A stretch of DNA of 64,000 nt from Myxococcota bacterium (GTDB lineage: Bacteria; Myxococcota_A; UBA9160; UBA4427), in NCBI GenBank assembly GCA_965223565.1, contig CBDCWV010000010.1, positions 110,927 through 174,926 on the forward strand. Direction: 5' to 3'. The notes below the pieces were generated by a model. That model saw only the letters and a program-made list of their open reading frames with translations. It was not told the DNA's origin and made no database searches. This document shows, one piece after another, positions 28,300-38,054 of the stretch. The position numbers and the translations under genes are program-made. Numbering within the stretch: the first letter of the stretch is position 1; each line of letters opens with the position of its first letter.

Positions 28300-29493
28300 T
28301 CAGTTCGGCCCGAAGCGCACGGGCAATCGGGTCGGTCCGCGCAGGACCGTTCCCTCGATACCGACGCCGTTCGAGTCCGAATCCGAGACCGAGAGCTCGA
28401 GGTCGGGTAGTCGCTCCGAGAGGACGCGAAGGCTGACTTCCATCTCGCGACGCGCGAGGTGGGAGCCCAGGCAGAAGTGCAGCCCGTGGCCGAAGGAGAG
28501 TGAATCGCGTTCGTTGCGCCAGGGATCGAATCGGTCCGGGTGCTCGAAGTGAGCGGGATCGCGGTTGGCGGAGGTGACGCCGAAGATGACGTCGCTGCCG
28601 GCCGGGATCGCGACCCCCGCCCACTCGACGTCCTTCGGCGCGAAGCGGGGAAGCAGGGCCGTCGGTCCCTCCCAGCGGAGTGATTCCTGCACGACCGCCG
28701 GGATGATCTCGGGGTCGTCCTTCACGGCCTGCCAGACGTCACGATGGGTCAGGAGGGCGAAGAGCATGCTCCCCAGACCGCGGTAGGTCGTGTCGGCGCC
28801 GGCGGGAAAGAGCAGCCGCAGGAACGAGAAGATCTCCTCGTCCGAGAGACGCTCCCCCTCGACCTCGACGGTCGCGAGCGAGGACAGCAGATCTTCGCCG
28901 GGGCTCACGCGGCGATCCGCGATGATCGGCTTCAGATAGGCGGTGAACTCACGCGATGCCTCGCGTGCGAAGTCGGGATTCCAGGGGAAATCGATCAGCC
29001 CGTCGCCCCATCGCTTCAGCTGTTCGAAGTCCGTGGGCGGGAAGTCGAGGAGTCTCGTGATGACGGTGAACGCGTAGCGAACGGTGTACGACTCGACGAG
29101 GTCCGCGCGGCCGTCGCCCGCGATCTCATCGACGAGCTGGTGGGCCACGGGCGTGAGAAACGCCTCGACGAACTCCTTCATGAGCCGCGGTCGGAAGGCC
29201 GCGGAGACCAGGCTGCGATTGCGGCGATGTTCGTCGCCGCCCATGCACTGGATCGTCTTGCCCATCACGGGGCCCGAGTGACGCAGATAGGCCGCAGCGG
29301 AGGGGAAGGTCTCGTCGTCCGCGAAAGCGGCCTTCAGATCGTCGTAGCGGGTGATCAGCCGCGCGAGCCGACCGTGATAGCGCACGGGCGCGACGGCATG
29401 GCGATCCCGTAGATCGCGAAGGACCTCATGCAGCGCAGGGACCGCGTCGGTCGCGAAATCGATTTCGGGGTATTCGGGTTCGGATCGGTCCAT
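28300..29493 (-). CDS. Cytochrome P450
   Basis: AGADTT (I helix), ESLR, ANRDP, FGHGLHFCLG heme ligand motif. Confidence 0.95.
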   Translation of the reverse strand: MDRSEPEYPEIDFATDAVPALHEVLRDLRDRHAVAPVRYHGRLARLITRYDDLKAAFADDETFPSAAAYLRHSGPVMGKTIQCMGGDEHRRNRSLVSAAFRPRLMKEFVEAFLTPVAHQLVDEIAGDGRADLVESYTVRYAFTVITRLLDFPPTDFEQLKRWGDGLIDFPWNPDFAREASREFTAYLKPIIADRRVSPGEDLLSSLATVEVEGERLSDEEIFSFLRLLFPAGADTTYRGLGSMLFALLTHRDVWQAVKDDPEIIPAVVQESLRWEGPTALLPRFAPKDVEWAGVAIPAGSDVIFGVTSANRDPAHFEHPDRFDPWRNERDSLSFGHGLHFCLGSHLARREMEVSLRVLSERLPDLELSVSDSDSNGVGIEGTVLRGPTRLPVRFGPN

Positions 29494-29682
29494 CGGCGGG
29501 CCTCCTGTCGGAAGGACGACGATAGCTCGCGAGCGCGGCCCGCGGACGTTTCGGGCTCGCTCCGCCGGGCCCGAGTCCTTATGCTCGAAGCGCTGTGAAG
29601 GGCCTCCGAACGAGGCGCTGCAGTCAGGGGGAGGCGACGGGCGTCTCCCGTCGCGAGACGTCAGCCTGGAGCATCGATCGAC

Positions 29683-30816
29683 ATGAGTGAGTCCGACGTC
29701 CATTCCCAGAGCCCCGTGCGCACGACGCGCGACGACACACGTCTGCGCGAGAGGCTCGAACGCTGGCTGGCGGGACAGCTCGGACCGCAGGCCAAGCCCG
29801 CCGTGTCGGAGATCTCGAGCCCCTCGGCCTCGGGCATGTCGAGCGAGACGCTGCTCTTCGAGGCGCGTTGGACGGGCGAGGGCGGTCGGGCCGAGGGCGG
29901 GGCCTTCGTCGGGCGCATGGCACCCTCGGCCGCCGACCATCCGACGTTCCCGACCTATGACATGGCGATGCAGGCGAATGTGCTCCGCCTGGCGGGTGCC
30001 GCGGGCGTCCCCGTGCCGAAGGTTCGCTGGCTCGAGACGGACCCCGAGCCGCTCGGGGCACCCTTCTTCGTGATGGACCGGCTCGAGGGGCGGGTACCGG
30101 CCGATGTGCCCACCTACGTCGTCGAGGGCTTCGTGTGCGATGCGACCGATGCGGAACGCCGCCGGCTCCAGGACAACACGGTCGCTGCGATCGGCCGTAT
30201 CCACTCGATCGATCTCGCGGCGAACGACGCGTCGTTCCTCGAGTTCCCAGTGCCGGGCGATACGCCGCTCGAGCGGCATTTCGAGAACCAGCGCGCCTAC
30301 TATGCGTGGGCGACGCCGGACCGGCGCTCGCCGCTGATCGAACGCAGCTTCGAATTCCTGAAGGCCAGCTGGCCGAACGAGACCAGCACGGTCGTGAGCT
30401 GGGGCGACTCGCGAATCGGCAACATCATGTACGCGAACGACGGCTTCGAGCCCATCGCGATTCTCGACTGGGAGATGGCCGGCCTGGGAACGCGAGAGCT
30501 CGACCTCGGTTGGCTCTCGTTCATGCACACTTTCTTCCAGAAGCTCTTCGAGGGCATGGGGCTGCCGGGGCTGCCCGACTTCCTGAAGCCGGGCGATATC
30601 GCGCAAACCTACGCGCGGGAGACGGGGCACGAGGTCGAGGATCTGCGTTGGTACGTGACCTACGGCGCCCTGCGACACGCGATCATCATGAGTCGCATCA
30701 GCGACCGCGCCGTCCACTTCGGCCAGGCGGAGCCGACCGAGGATCCCGACGACCGGATCCCCCACCGCGCCTCGCTCGAGGCGATGCTCGAGGGCTCCTT
30801 CTGGACCGAGAGCTGA
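29683..30816 (+). CDS. Phosphotransferase, APH-like (Rv3168-like)
   Basis: SGMSSETL, PFFVMDR, WGDSRIGN, LDWEMA. Confidence 0.88.
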   Translation: MSESDVHSQSPVRTTRDDTRLRERLERWLAGQLGPQAKPAVSEISSPSASGMSSETLLFEARWTGEGGRAEGGAFVGRMAPSAADHPTFPTYDMAMQANVLRLAGAAGVPVPKVRWLETDPEPLGAPFFVMDRLEGRVPADVPTYVVEGFVCDATDAERRRLQDNTVAAIGRIHSIDLAANDASFLEFPVPGDTPLERHFENQRAYYAWATPDRRSPLIERSFEFLKASWPNETSTVVSWGDSRIGNIMYANDGFEPIAILDWEMAGLGTRELDLGWLSFMHTFFQKLFEGMGLPGLPDFLKPGDIAQTYARETGHEVEDLRWYVTYGALRHAIIMSRISDRAVHFGQAEPTEDPDDRIPHRASLEAMLEGSFWTES

Positions 30817-30829
30817 GCCGCGGAGCCCG

Positions 30830-32104
30830 CTAGATCTCGTCGGGCACGCCGAAGAACGTCTGGTAGGCCCGGAATCGCTCGCGCTCCGCCGCGATCTGGC
30901 CGGCGTCGGCGCGGTCGTACTCGAATCGACCGTGGCTTCCCTTCGGCTTGGCCGCCAGGTAGCGCCGGATGCGATCGGCCGTCGATTCGTCGAATGGCAG
31001 TCTCAGGTCCGAGTACATTCGCCCCAGCGTGTCGACCGGATCGTCCATGAAATCCTGATACAGCACATTCGACACGAAGCCGTCCCTGAGCGTCCCGTCC
31101 TTCATCCATCGCATCAGGTTTGCCTGGGTCTCCGCACGACCATCGGCCATGACCAGGTCGTCGAGCATGCCGCCGCCCCAGGGATCGTCGGTTCGCCACC
31201 AGAAGATCGTGCCCATGACGTTGACGAAGGAGTCGCCGACCGTGATCGGATCGCGGTGGGTCAGCACGATCTTGGCGTCGGGATAGTGCTCGAGGACCTG
31301 GGGGATATGGTCGATCCAGAGCGGATTCTTGAGCAGCCAATGCTCCTTTGCGTATTTCCACTGCAGCAGCTTCAGAAATCGCTTGTGCCATCGAATCGTG
31401 TAGTCGACGTCCTGCTTCGCCAGATGCTCGGCGTAGCTCGGGATCTGGAACGAGAACACGAAGACGTTCGACAGGAACGAGGCGTAGAGGTACTCGGCGC
31501 ACTCGACCGGAAGCGCGCCTCCGAACTTGTGCATCGCCTTCCACTCGGGCGTGATCCGATCGAAGATCGTGATCAATCTGTCGGCCCGCTCGATGCGCGG
31601 GTCGTCGTCGTAGCTCTCCGCTTCGGGGGGCGGGCAGGGAAACATCGCCTCCCAGCGCTTCACGATCCGGAAGCGCGGATCCGTCGATAGGACCTCGTGC
31701 AGGATCGTCGTGCCCGTGCGCCCGTGGCCGAGGATCATGACCGGCGCGTGGATCACCTCCTCTTCGATCTCGGGAAAGCGCGTGTAGTAGTCCTGAATCC
31801 GAAGGCGGGTCTCGAGGTACTGCACGAAATCGGAACGCGTCAGGATGCGCCCCATGAAGTTGAGCTTCGCCTCCTCCTCGACGGCTCGGATCAAGACCCG
31901 AAAATGCTCGATCCAGCCGTCGTCGCCGAAGTCGTCGAGGCCCGTATTGGCACGCGCCTCCGCGAGGAGCGAGTTCTCGTCGAGCGGCACGATGCTCTTG
32001 GCGTTGAGGATCTCGCCTTCCTCGTTCAGTCGCGCCACCCAGTCGGGACGAGGTGCCGGTTGCCAACGGGTGCGGCGATCGAAGCTCGTGGACGACTCGG
32101 TCAA
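30830..32104 (-). CDS. Sulfotransferase family protein
   Basis: GHGRTGTTILH (5'-PSB loop), WLLKNP, THRDP. TTG start overlaps upstream stop, with GAGGAG upstream. Confidence 0.88.
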   Translation of the reverse strand: MTESSTSFDRRTRWQPAPRPDWVARLNEEGEILNAKSIVPLDENSLLAEARANTGLDDFGDDGWIEHFRVLIRAVEEEAKLNFMGRILTRSDFVQYLETRLRIQDYYTRFPEIEEEVIHAPVMILGHGRTGTTILHEVLSTDPRFRIVKRWEAMFPCPPPEAESYDDDPRIERADRLITIFDRITPEWKAMHKFGGALPVECAEYLYASFLSNVFVFSFQIPSYAEHLAKQDVDYTIRWHKRFLKLLQWKYAKEHWLLKNPLWIDHIPQVLEHYPDAKIVLTHRDPITVGDSFVNVMGTIFWWRTDDPWGGGMLDDLVMADGRAETQANLMRWMKDGTLRDGFVSNVLYQDFMDDPVDTLGRMYSDLRLPFDESTADRIRRYLAAKPKGSHGRFEYDRADAGQIAAERERFRAYQTFFGVPDEI

Positions 32105-33423
32105 TCTCGTGCTCCTCTGGCGTCGAAGGCCTCGAATCGGCGCGCGTGGTCCCGCTCGCGCTCGGACTCGATCCGAGCGCGCTCGCTCGCGTCGATCGAG
32201 CCGGTCTCCGGTGGCAGATGGCGGCGGAGATCGGCGATCTCGACGAGCTCCGCCTCGATCGCCGGTCGTCGACCACCGCCACTCGAGAGATCGAGGCCGG
32301 CCCAGCGCAGAAAGAGAAAGCCACGCTCGAGCCCGTCGGGGTCGAGCCAATTGTGGACGCCGGGATCTTCCAGCGAGAGGACACAGGTGAAGCGCCCGTC
32401 GGCGTCGTAGACGGCCTGATGCGAATTGCAGCTGGCCGACCGCGCGAGGTTCTCATTCGTCGTGCCCCAGAGATTCGTGATCGGCACGCCGACGTAGCGG
32501 GCCGTTCCGGGGTCGATCCGGAGCACGAGCGCTTCGCCGGGGCGCACGTGAAAATGCCCGATCGAGTAGGCCATCGTCACCAGCTTGCCGTGCTCGCCGC
32601 TGATGACAGGCTGGGGGAATCGATTCGCAGGCTGGGCGAAGGGGGCGACCGTCAGCCGGATCGCTTCGCTGAACCACTTCTCGACGCGTGCGGCGGCCAG
32701 CGCCACGCGCGCGGCATCGTCTCCGTCGCGCGGTCCGCCGCGATCGACGTGGTTCTCGATCGAGAGCCGACTCGGGCGCTCGCGAGCCCAGTCGGCCAGC
32801 GTCTCGCGCACCAGGAGCATCTCCGCATCGGGCGTACTCTGCACGAAATGCTCGATGCGCGACCCCGCCGGCACTCGCACAGTCGCATCGCTCTCGACGA
32901 CCTGCTCGGGCGTCCCCTTCGGTCCGAAGCGCAGGCGGAATCGCGAGTGGGGCGCGATGCCGAGATCCTCCTTCGTGAGATTGCCGAGCGTATGCCACTT
33001 CTCCGTCAGCGCGGAGAGCTCGAAGATCGTCGCGGGCGAGGCACTTGCTTCGCCCGTGAGCACGAAATCCGATCGACCGTCGAGCGGAATCAGTCGGTAG
33101 AACGTATCGGGGTTGTCGTGCAGGCCGCGATTGCCGGGCACGGCGCGCCCGCCGAGCATTCGCGGCGTTCGCATGATGAGGCGCGGCAGGTCTTCACCCG
33201 TGTAGCCGTCGGCGAGGCCGACGAGGGCGTTGAGTGCGATCTCCGTGGCGATCTCGGGGAGTCGGGCCCGAGACGCCGGGTCCGCGATCGAGAACGCGTC
33301 GGACAGACGTCGCTCGCCCGTACGCCGGGCTGCGAGGACGGCGGGCTGTTCGAGCAGGTCGAGCGTATGCTCTTCGATCCGGGTCTGGATCTCGGCCGAA
33401 TGTCGCAGGGTGCGGAACGGCAT
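32101..33423 (-). CDS. Hypothetical protein, DUF1214-like
   Basis: GLHDNPDTFYR, C-terminal DADGRFTCVLSLEDPGVHNWLD...RW. Confidence 0.7.
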   Translation of the reverse strand: MPFRTLRHSAEIQTRIEEHTLDLLEQPAVLAARRTGERRLSDAFSIADPASRARLPEIATEIALNALVGLADGYTGEDLPRLIMRTPRMLGGRAVPGNRGLHDNPDTFYRLIPLDGRSDFVLTGEASASPATIFELSALTEKWHTLGNLTKEDLGIAPHSRFRLRFGPKGTPEQVVESDATVRVPAGSRIEHFVQSTPDAEMLLVRETLADWARERPSRLSIENHVDRGGPRDGDDAARVALAAARVEKWFSEAIRLTVAPFAQPANRFPQPVISGEHGKLVTMAYSIGHFHVRPGEALVLRIDPGTARYVGVPITNLWGTTNENLARSASCNSHQAVYDADGRFTCVLSLEDPGVHNWLDPDGLERGFLFLRWAGLDLSSGGGRRPAIEAELVEIADLRRHLPPETGSIDASERARIESERERDHARRFEAFDARGARD

Positions 33424-33463
33424 CGAGAGACGATAACGCGCTCCATCGCGCCTCGGGGGTCAT

Positions 33464-34339
33464 TTGGATTTCTGGCTCAGCTATATCGACGAAGATCCCA
33501 GGCAGGCGATCGAGGTGGCGAAGATCGCCGAGGGACTGGGCTTCAAAGGACTCGCGCTGGCGGATCACGTCGCGGTACCTCTTCGCTTCGATTCCGTTCA
33601 TCCCTCGGGCGATCCGACGCCGTTCGACCATCGCTCCGACTTTCCCGACCCCTTGATCACGGCGGCGACGCTGCTCGCTGCGACCAGCACCCTCGAGGTC
33701 ATGACGTACGTCTACGTGCTACCTGCGCGCGAGCCCTTTTCGGTCGCGAGCCAGGTTGCGTCACTCGATCTGCTCGCCCCGGGTCGCTTCCGCTTTGGCG
33801 TGGGGGCGGGCTGGCTGCTGGAAGAGATCGAGGTGCTCGGGCATCCGACTCGCGGACGGGGGCGGCGAATGGACGAGATGCTCGAGATCATTCGACGGCT
33901 CTGGAGCGAGGACGCGGTCGAGTTTCACGGCGAGTTCTTCGACTTTCCCGCCGTCGGCGTCGCTCCGTCTCCGTCCTCGCAGGTGCCGATCTGGGTAGGC
34001 GGCAAGAGTGCGGCCGCTCTCGACCGTGCCGCGCGTCACGACGGCTGGCTCGGCATGAACTACGACCTGCCCGAGGTCGAGGCGCTGCTCGACACCCTCG
34101 CGGAAAAGCGACGAGTGGCAGGCGAGGGCACAGCGCGCGACCCGGCAGGCGGACGATTCGAGGTCTTCGTGATCCCGAACGCGGAGCCGGACGAAGCGCT
34201 CTACGCAGACCTCTCCGCGCGTGGCGTGACCGCGACGATGGGCATGGCCTGGGCCTACAACGATCGCTCGTTCGCTTCGCTCGAGGCGAAACGGCGAGCG
34301 CTCGCGGCGTTCGCCGAGCGGTTCATCCAGCGCGGCTGA
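33464..34339 (+). CDS. LLM-class oxidoreductase, putative F420-dependent (TIGR03619-like)
   Basis: LADHVAVP, YVYVLPAREP, GVGAGWLLEE, PIWVGG. Confidence 0.85.
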   Translation: MDFWLSYIDEDPRQAIEVAKIAEGLGFKGLALADHVAVPLRFDSVHPSGDPTPFDHRSDFPDPLITAATLLAATSTLEVMTYVYVLPAREPFSVASQVASLDLLAPGRFRFGVGAGWLLEEIEVLGHPTRGRGRRMDEMLEIIRRLWSEDAVEFHGEFFDFPAVGVAPSPSSQVPIWVGGKSAAALDRAARHDGWLGMNYDLPEVEALLDTLAEKRRVAGEGTARDPAGGRFEVFVIPNAEPDEALYADLSARGVTATMGMAWAYNDRSFASLEAKRRALAAFAERFIQRG

Positions 34340-34366
34340 GGCCCCGCGAAGGTCGCCGTCCTCGGC

Positions 34367-35347
34367 TCAGGAAAGCGCCGGGAGCACCTCGTTCGCGTAG
34401 CGCTCGAGACTCCGCCAGGCCCGGTCGATCGGAACGCCACCCACGAGGGGATGCAGGCAGGGGCTGTAATCGGGACCGTTGGCGCGGATGCGTTCGATGC
34501 ACTCTCCGGGGGACAGAATCTCGTAGCGCTTCTGGGCGCGCAGCGCGTCGATCGTGGACGCCAGATCTTCGCCGGGCCGCGGGATGCCCACCCGTTTCCA
34601 GGAAGCGTACTCGCGCGCTTCGCGCAGGAAGAACGGCGCGAGCTCCAGCCAGGCACGCTCGGGATCGTCGTCGATGAAGAGCATCGAGTTCGACTCGGCC
34701 GGGTAGAAGACGCCGCCCGTCTTGCCGTGCCGCTCGAGCTCGCGGCGATAGAGCGAGCCGAGCTCGGGCATCTCCATCGGGGGGAAGAAGGGCAGGCCGA
34801 AGCGCGCGGCGCGACGCGCCGCCGCCTCGCTCATGCCGCCGATCGCGAAGGGTGGATGCGGACGCGAAATGGGCTGCGGCGTCACCCGAATCGTGTGGCC
34901 GTTGTACTCGAAGGGCTCGCCGCTCCAGGCCTTGAGGAGCGTCTCGATCACATGGTCCATTCGAGCGCCACGCGTTCGCCAATCCTTGTCGCAAGCTGCG
35001 TATTCCTCGGGCCGATAGCCCGATCCCGCGACGAAGCTGAAGCGGCCACCGCTCATCAGATCGAGAACGGCGATGTCCTCGGCCAGGCGCACGGGGTCGT
35101 AGAGCGTGACGAGCAGGGCCGTGCAGTTGACGGCGATCGATTCCGTTCGGCCGATGATCGCCGCGGCGAGTGTGAGCGGTGCGGGTAGCCAGCCGTTCTC
35201 AGCGACGTGATGTTCTTCGACGCTCACGACGCCGAATCCGGCCCGCTCGGCGAACGAGGCCATCTCGAGGGCGGCCCGATAGCGCGAGGACTCCGTCTTC
35301 GGGTCTTCCGAGCGACCCGTCATGTTGAGGCGCAAGGTCGTGGGCAA
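34367..35347 (-). CDS. LLM-class flavin-dependent oxidoreductase
   Basis: SVEEHH, LYDPVRLAEDIAVLD, GSGYRPEEY. Start uncertain (TTG). Confidence 0.85.
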   Translation of the reverse strand: MPTTLRLNMTGRSEDPKTESSRYRAALEMASFAERAGFGVVSVEEHHVAENGWLPAPLTLAAAIIGRTESIAVNCTALLVTLYDPVRLAEDIAVLDLMSGGRFSFVAGSGYRPEEYAACDKDWRTRGARMDHVIETLLKAWSGEPFEYNGHTIRVTPQPISRPHPPFAIGGMSEAAARRAARFGLPFFPPMEMPELGSLYRRELERHGKTGGVFYPAESNSMLFIDDDPERAWLELAPFFLREAREYASWKRVGIPRPGEDLASTIDALRAQKRYEILSPGECIERIRANGPDYSPCLHPLVGGVPIDRAWRSLERYANEVLPALS

Positions 35348-35427
35348 GGGGGGCGAGTCTCCCGGTCCAGCGGGTCGAACGGCGGCGATGTGTCCGATCG
35401 AGCGCGACACTAGCTCGATTCCAAGTG

Positions 35428-36726
35428 TCAGGTGACCTCGGAGGGCACGTCGAAGCATGCCTGGTAGTCCCCATAGCGCGCTCGCTCGGTTGCCAGATCG
35501 AGCCCGAGGTCGTGGAAGGAGTAGAAGTGCCTTCCGAATTTGCCCCGGGGCTTGTGGTCCAGGTAGGTCCGCATGCGAGCTTCCGCGTCGGCGGTGTAGT
35601 CCCATCCGAAATATTCGTAGACGCCGCGGATCGTGTCGAATGGGCGATCCATCAGGTCCTGGAAGCGAACGTCGAAGAACTGCGCCGAGGGGAGCTCGCC
35701 CTGGTCGCGAAGGCGCATCACTTCGTAGAGCTGTGGCGCGTAATAATCCGGCCCGAACGCGCGCTTTACGCCCTCCGGATCGACCTGCTTGGTTCGCATC
35801 CAGAGAATCGCCGAGATGATGCTCACGGTCGATCCCATGATCTGGAGCGGATCGCGATGGGTCTGGATCAGGCGCGCGTCGGGATAGGTCTCGAATAGCG
35901 TCGGGAGCCAGTTCATGTGCGCCGGCGCCTTCAGCAGCCAACGTTCCCGCTTCACCTTCCACTGCAGGATCTGCAGGATCTGCTTGTGGAGGCGATACGC
36001 CGGGCGCATGTCGATCGTCGCGATCGCCGCCGCATAGCTCGGCACCTGGTGGAGCGCCTGGATGTGATCCCCGATGAAGGCGTTGGCCGTGATGTCGCCG
36101 CATTCAGCCGGAATCCGCCCGCCCATCTCGTGCATCGCCTGATAGGCCGGTACGAGCTTCGGCCAGAGCGTGAGCTCTCGATCGGCCCGCTCGATTCGCA
36201 GATCCGTTTCGTAGCTGGCCTCTTCCGGGGGTGGACACGGATAGCGCGCCTCCCAGCTGAGCAGCGTTCGGTGGCGCGGATCCTGCGTGAGCAGCTCGTG
36301 CAGGATCGACGTCCCCGAACGGGATAGTCCGACGATGAAGAGCGGCTCGCGGATCTCCTCCCGCTCGATCTCCGGGTGTCGCTTGAAGGTCTCGACGATC
36401 TGCAACCGGTTCTCGAGCAGGACCAGGACGTCCCGACGGGCGAGCAGTCGGCCGACGAAGGTGAGCTGCGCCTCGTGCTCGAGCGAGTGCATCAGCGCGG
36501 CGAAGGGAGCCCGGAAATCCTCGGGACCGAAATCCGAGAGCCCCGTGCGGTCGCGGGCCTCGGCGAGCAGGCACGCCTCGTCGAGGGAGATGCTCGCTTC
36601 GAGGGGCTCGCCGATCGCGTTCAGGGTGATCAACCAATCGGATCGCTGACGCGAGAAATCGGTCAGAGCACGGATATCCGCCGTCGAATCGGGTGCATCG
36701 GGCTCCGCCATCGTTTCGTCGGGCAT
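35428..36726 (-). CDS. Sulfotransferase family protein
   Basis: GLSRSGTSILH, WLLKAP, THRDP. Paralog of 30830..32104. Confidence 0.9.
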   Translation of the reverse strand: MPDETMAEPDAPDSTADIRALTDFSRQRSDWLITLNAIGEPLEASISLDEACLLAEARDRTGLSDFGPEDFRAPFAALMHSLEHEAQLTFVGRLLARRDVLVLLENRLQIVETFKRHPEIEREEIREPLFIVGLSRSGTSILHELLTQDPRHRTLLSWEARYPCPPPEEASYETDLRIERADRELTLWPKLVPAYQAMHEMGGRIPAECGDITANAFIGDHIQALHQVPSYAAAIATIDMRPAYRLHKQILQILQWKVKRERWLLKAPAHMNWLPTLFETYPDARLIQTHRDPLQIMGSTVSIISAILWMRTKQVDPEGVKRAFGPDYYAPQLYEVMRLRDQGELPSAQFFDVRFQDLMDRPFDTIRGVYEYFGWDYTADAEARMRTYLDHKPRGKFGRHFYSFHDLGLDLATERARYGDYQACFDVPSEVT

Positions 36727-36937
36727 GGATCCTCGCGGACGTCCGGCAGGGGGTGTCGGCTCTGGCCGGCCCGGATTGAAACGCGTGGCCGGAAGCCCTG
36801 CAATATCCGCCGACGCGATCGACGCCACGCCATCGCGCTCGCTCGTCGCCGAGCCCGAGACTATGCTCGTCGCCCCACGTGCCACCCCACGCGGCGGCTT
36901 CGTGGTCGGGCTCGATCAGACGAAGGGGATCCCCAGG

Positions 36938-37960
36938 ATGTTGAAGGTGACCGCGACGATGGGCGCGAACGTGCCCCTGCGCGAAGTCGTGCTCCATGCG
37001 AAGCGCGTGGAAGCGCTCGGCTACGACACGCTGTCGGTCGCGGAGGCGGTCCACGACGGGATGCTCTCCGCGATGGCCGCGCTCGGCGCGACGACGCGTC
37101 TCCGTGTGAGCCAGGGCGTCCTCGTCGCCTTCGCGCGCAGCCCCATGCTCGCGGCTCAGGGAGCCTGGGACCTTCAGCAGTACTCGAACGGTCGTTTCCA
37201 GCTCGGACTCGGTACCCAGGTCAAGGGCAACATCATCGGTCGTTTCGGGATGCCGTGGAGTGCGCCCGCGGCGCGCATCACGGACTACGTCGGGGCCGTT
37301 CGGGCCTGCTTCGACGCCTTCCAGAACGGCACGCCACTCGATTTCGAGAGCGAGTCCTACACGCTCAATCGGCTGCAGCCCTTCTTCAACCCCGGTCCGC
37401 TCGAATGCGGTCCGCCCTCGATCCTGATGGGGGCGGTCGGCCCCCTGATGACACGCGCCGTCGGCCGGGTGGGCGATGCACTCCAGACGCATCCGACCAA
37501 TAGCGAGGCGCGCTACCTGCGGGAGGTGACGCGACCGCGGCTCGAGGAGGGCAGCCGCGATGCCGGTCGCGACGTACGGATCGAATTGACGGCGGGGCCG
37601 ATGATCGCGACGGGTGCGACACGGGCGGAGGTCGAGGCGGAGACCCAGGCGGCCCGCGAGAGCCTCGTCTTCACGCTCAGCACCCCCGTCTATTGGCCGG
37701 CCCTCGAATATCATGGCTGGCGCGAGGTCGGCGAGAAGCTCCGCGACTACACGCGCGCCGGCCGCTGGGCCGAGATGAACGATCTCGTGACGGATGAAAT
37801 TCTCGAAAAATTCGTTCCAGCAGGAACTTATGACGAGATCCCTGATATTCTGCTCGAGGAATATGACGACGTCGCCGAGCGGATCCTCTTCCCGGTTCCC
37901 ACGGATCCAGCGAACGACGCCGCCGCGCGAAAGGCGATCGAGCGTCTGCAGGGCGGCTGA
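36938..37960 (+). CDS. LLM-class oxidoreductase, putative F420-dependent (TIGR03617-like)
   Basis: AEAVHD, AFARSP, LGLGTQVK, RLQPFFNPGP, HPTNS. Confidence 0.88.
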   Translation: MLKVTATMGANVPLREVVLHAKRVEALGYDTLSVAEAVHDGMLSAMAALGATTRLRVSQGVLVAFARSPMLAAQGAWDLQQYSNGRFQLGLGTQVKGNIIGRFGMPWSAPAARITDYVGAVRACFDAFQNGTPLDFESESYTLNRLQPFFNPGPLECGPPSILMGAVGPLMTRAVGRVGDALQTHPTNSEARYLREVTRPRLEEGSRDAGRDVRIELTAGPMIATGATRAEVEAETQAARESLVFTLSTPVYWPALEYHGWREVGEKLRDYTRAGRWAEMNDLVTDEILEKFVPAGTYDEIPDILLEEYDDVAERILFPVPTDPANDAAARKAIERLQGG

Positions 37961-38054
37961 GGCGCCGACCGCTGCCAGCCGCGCTCGCGTTTCATATCCT
38001 CGGGCGGACCGGATGCGACGTCCACGGCACGCTTCCTCTGATGGAGAACCCGGC

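Noticed and set aside
37790-37870. Short lower-GC stretch inside the LLM gene
   Set aside because: The frame is intact and encodes the expected C-terminus; too short to infer recombination.
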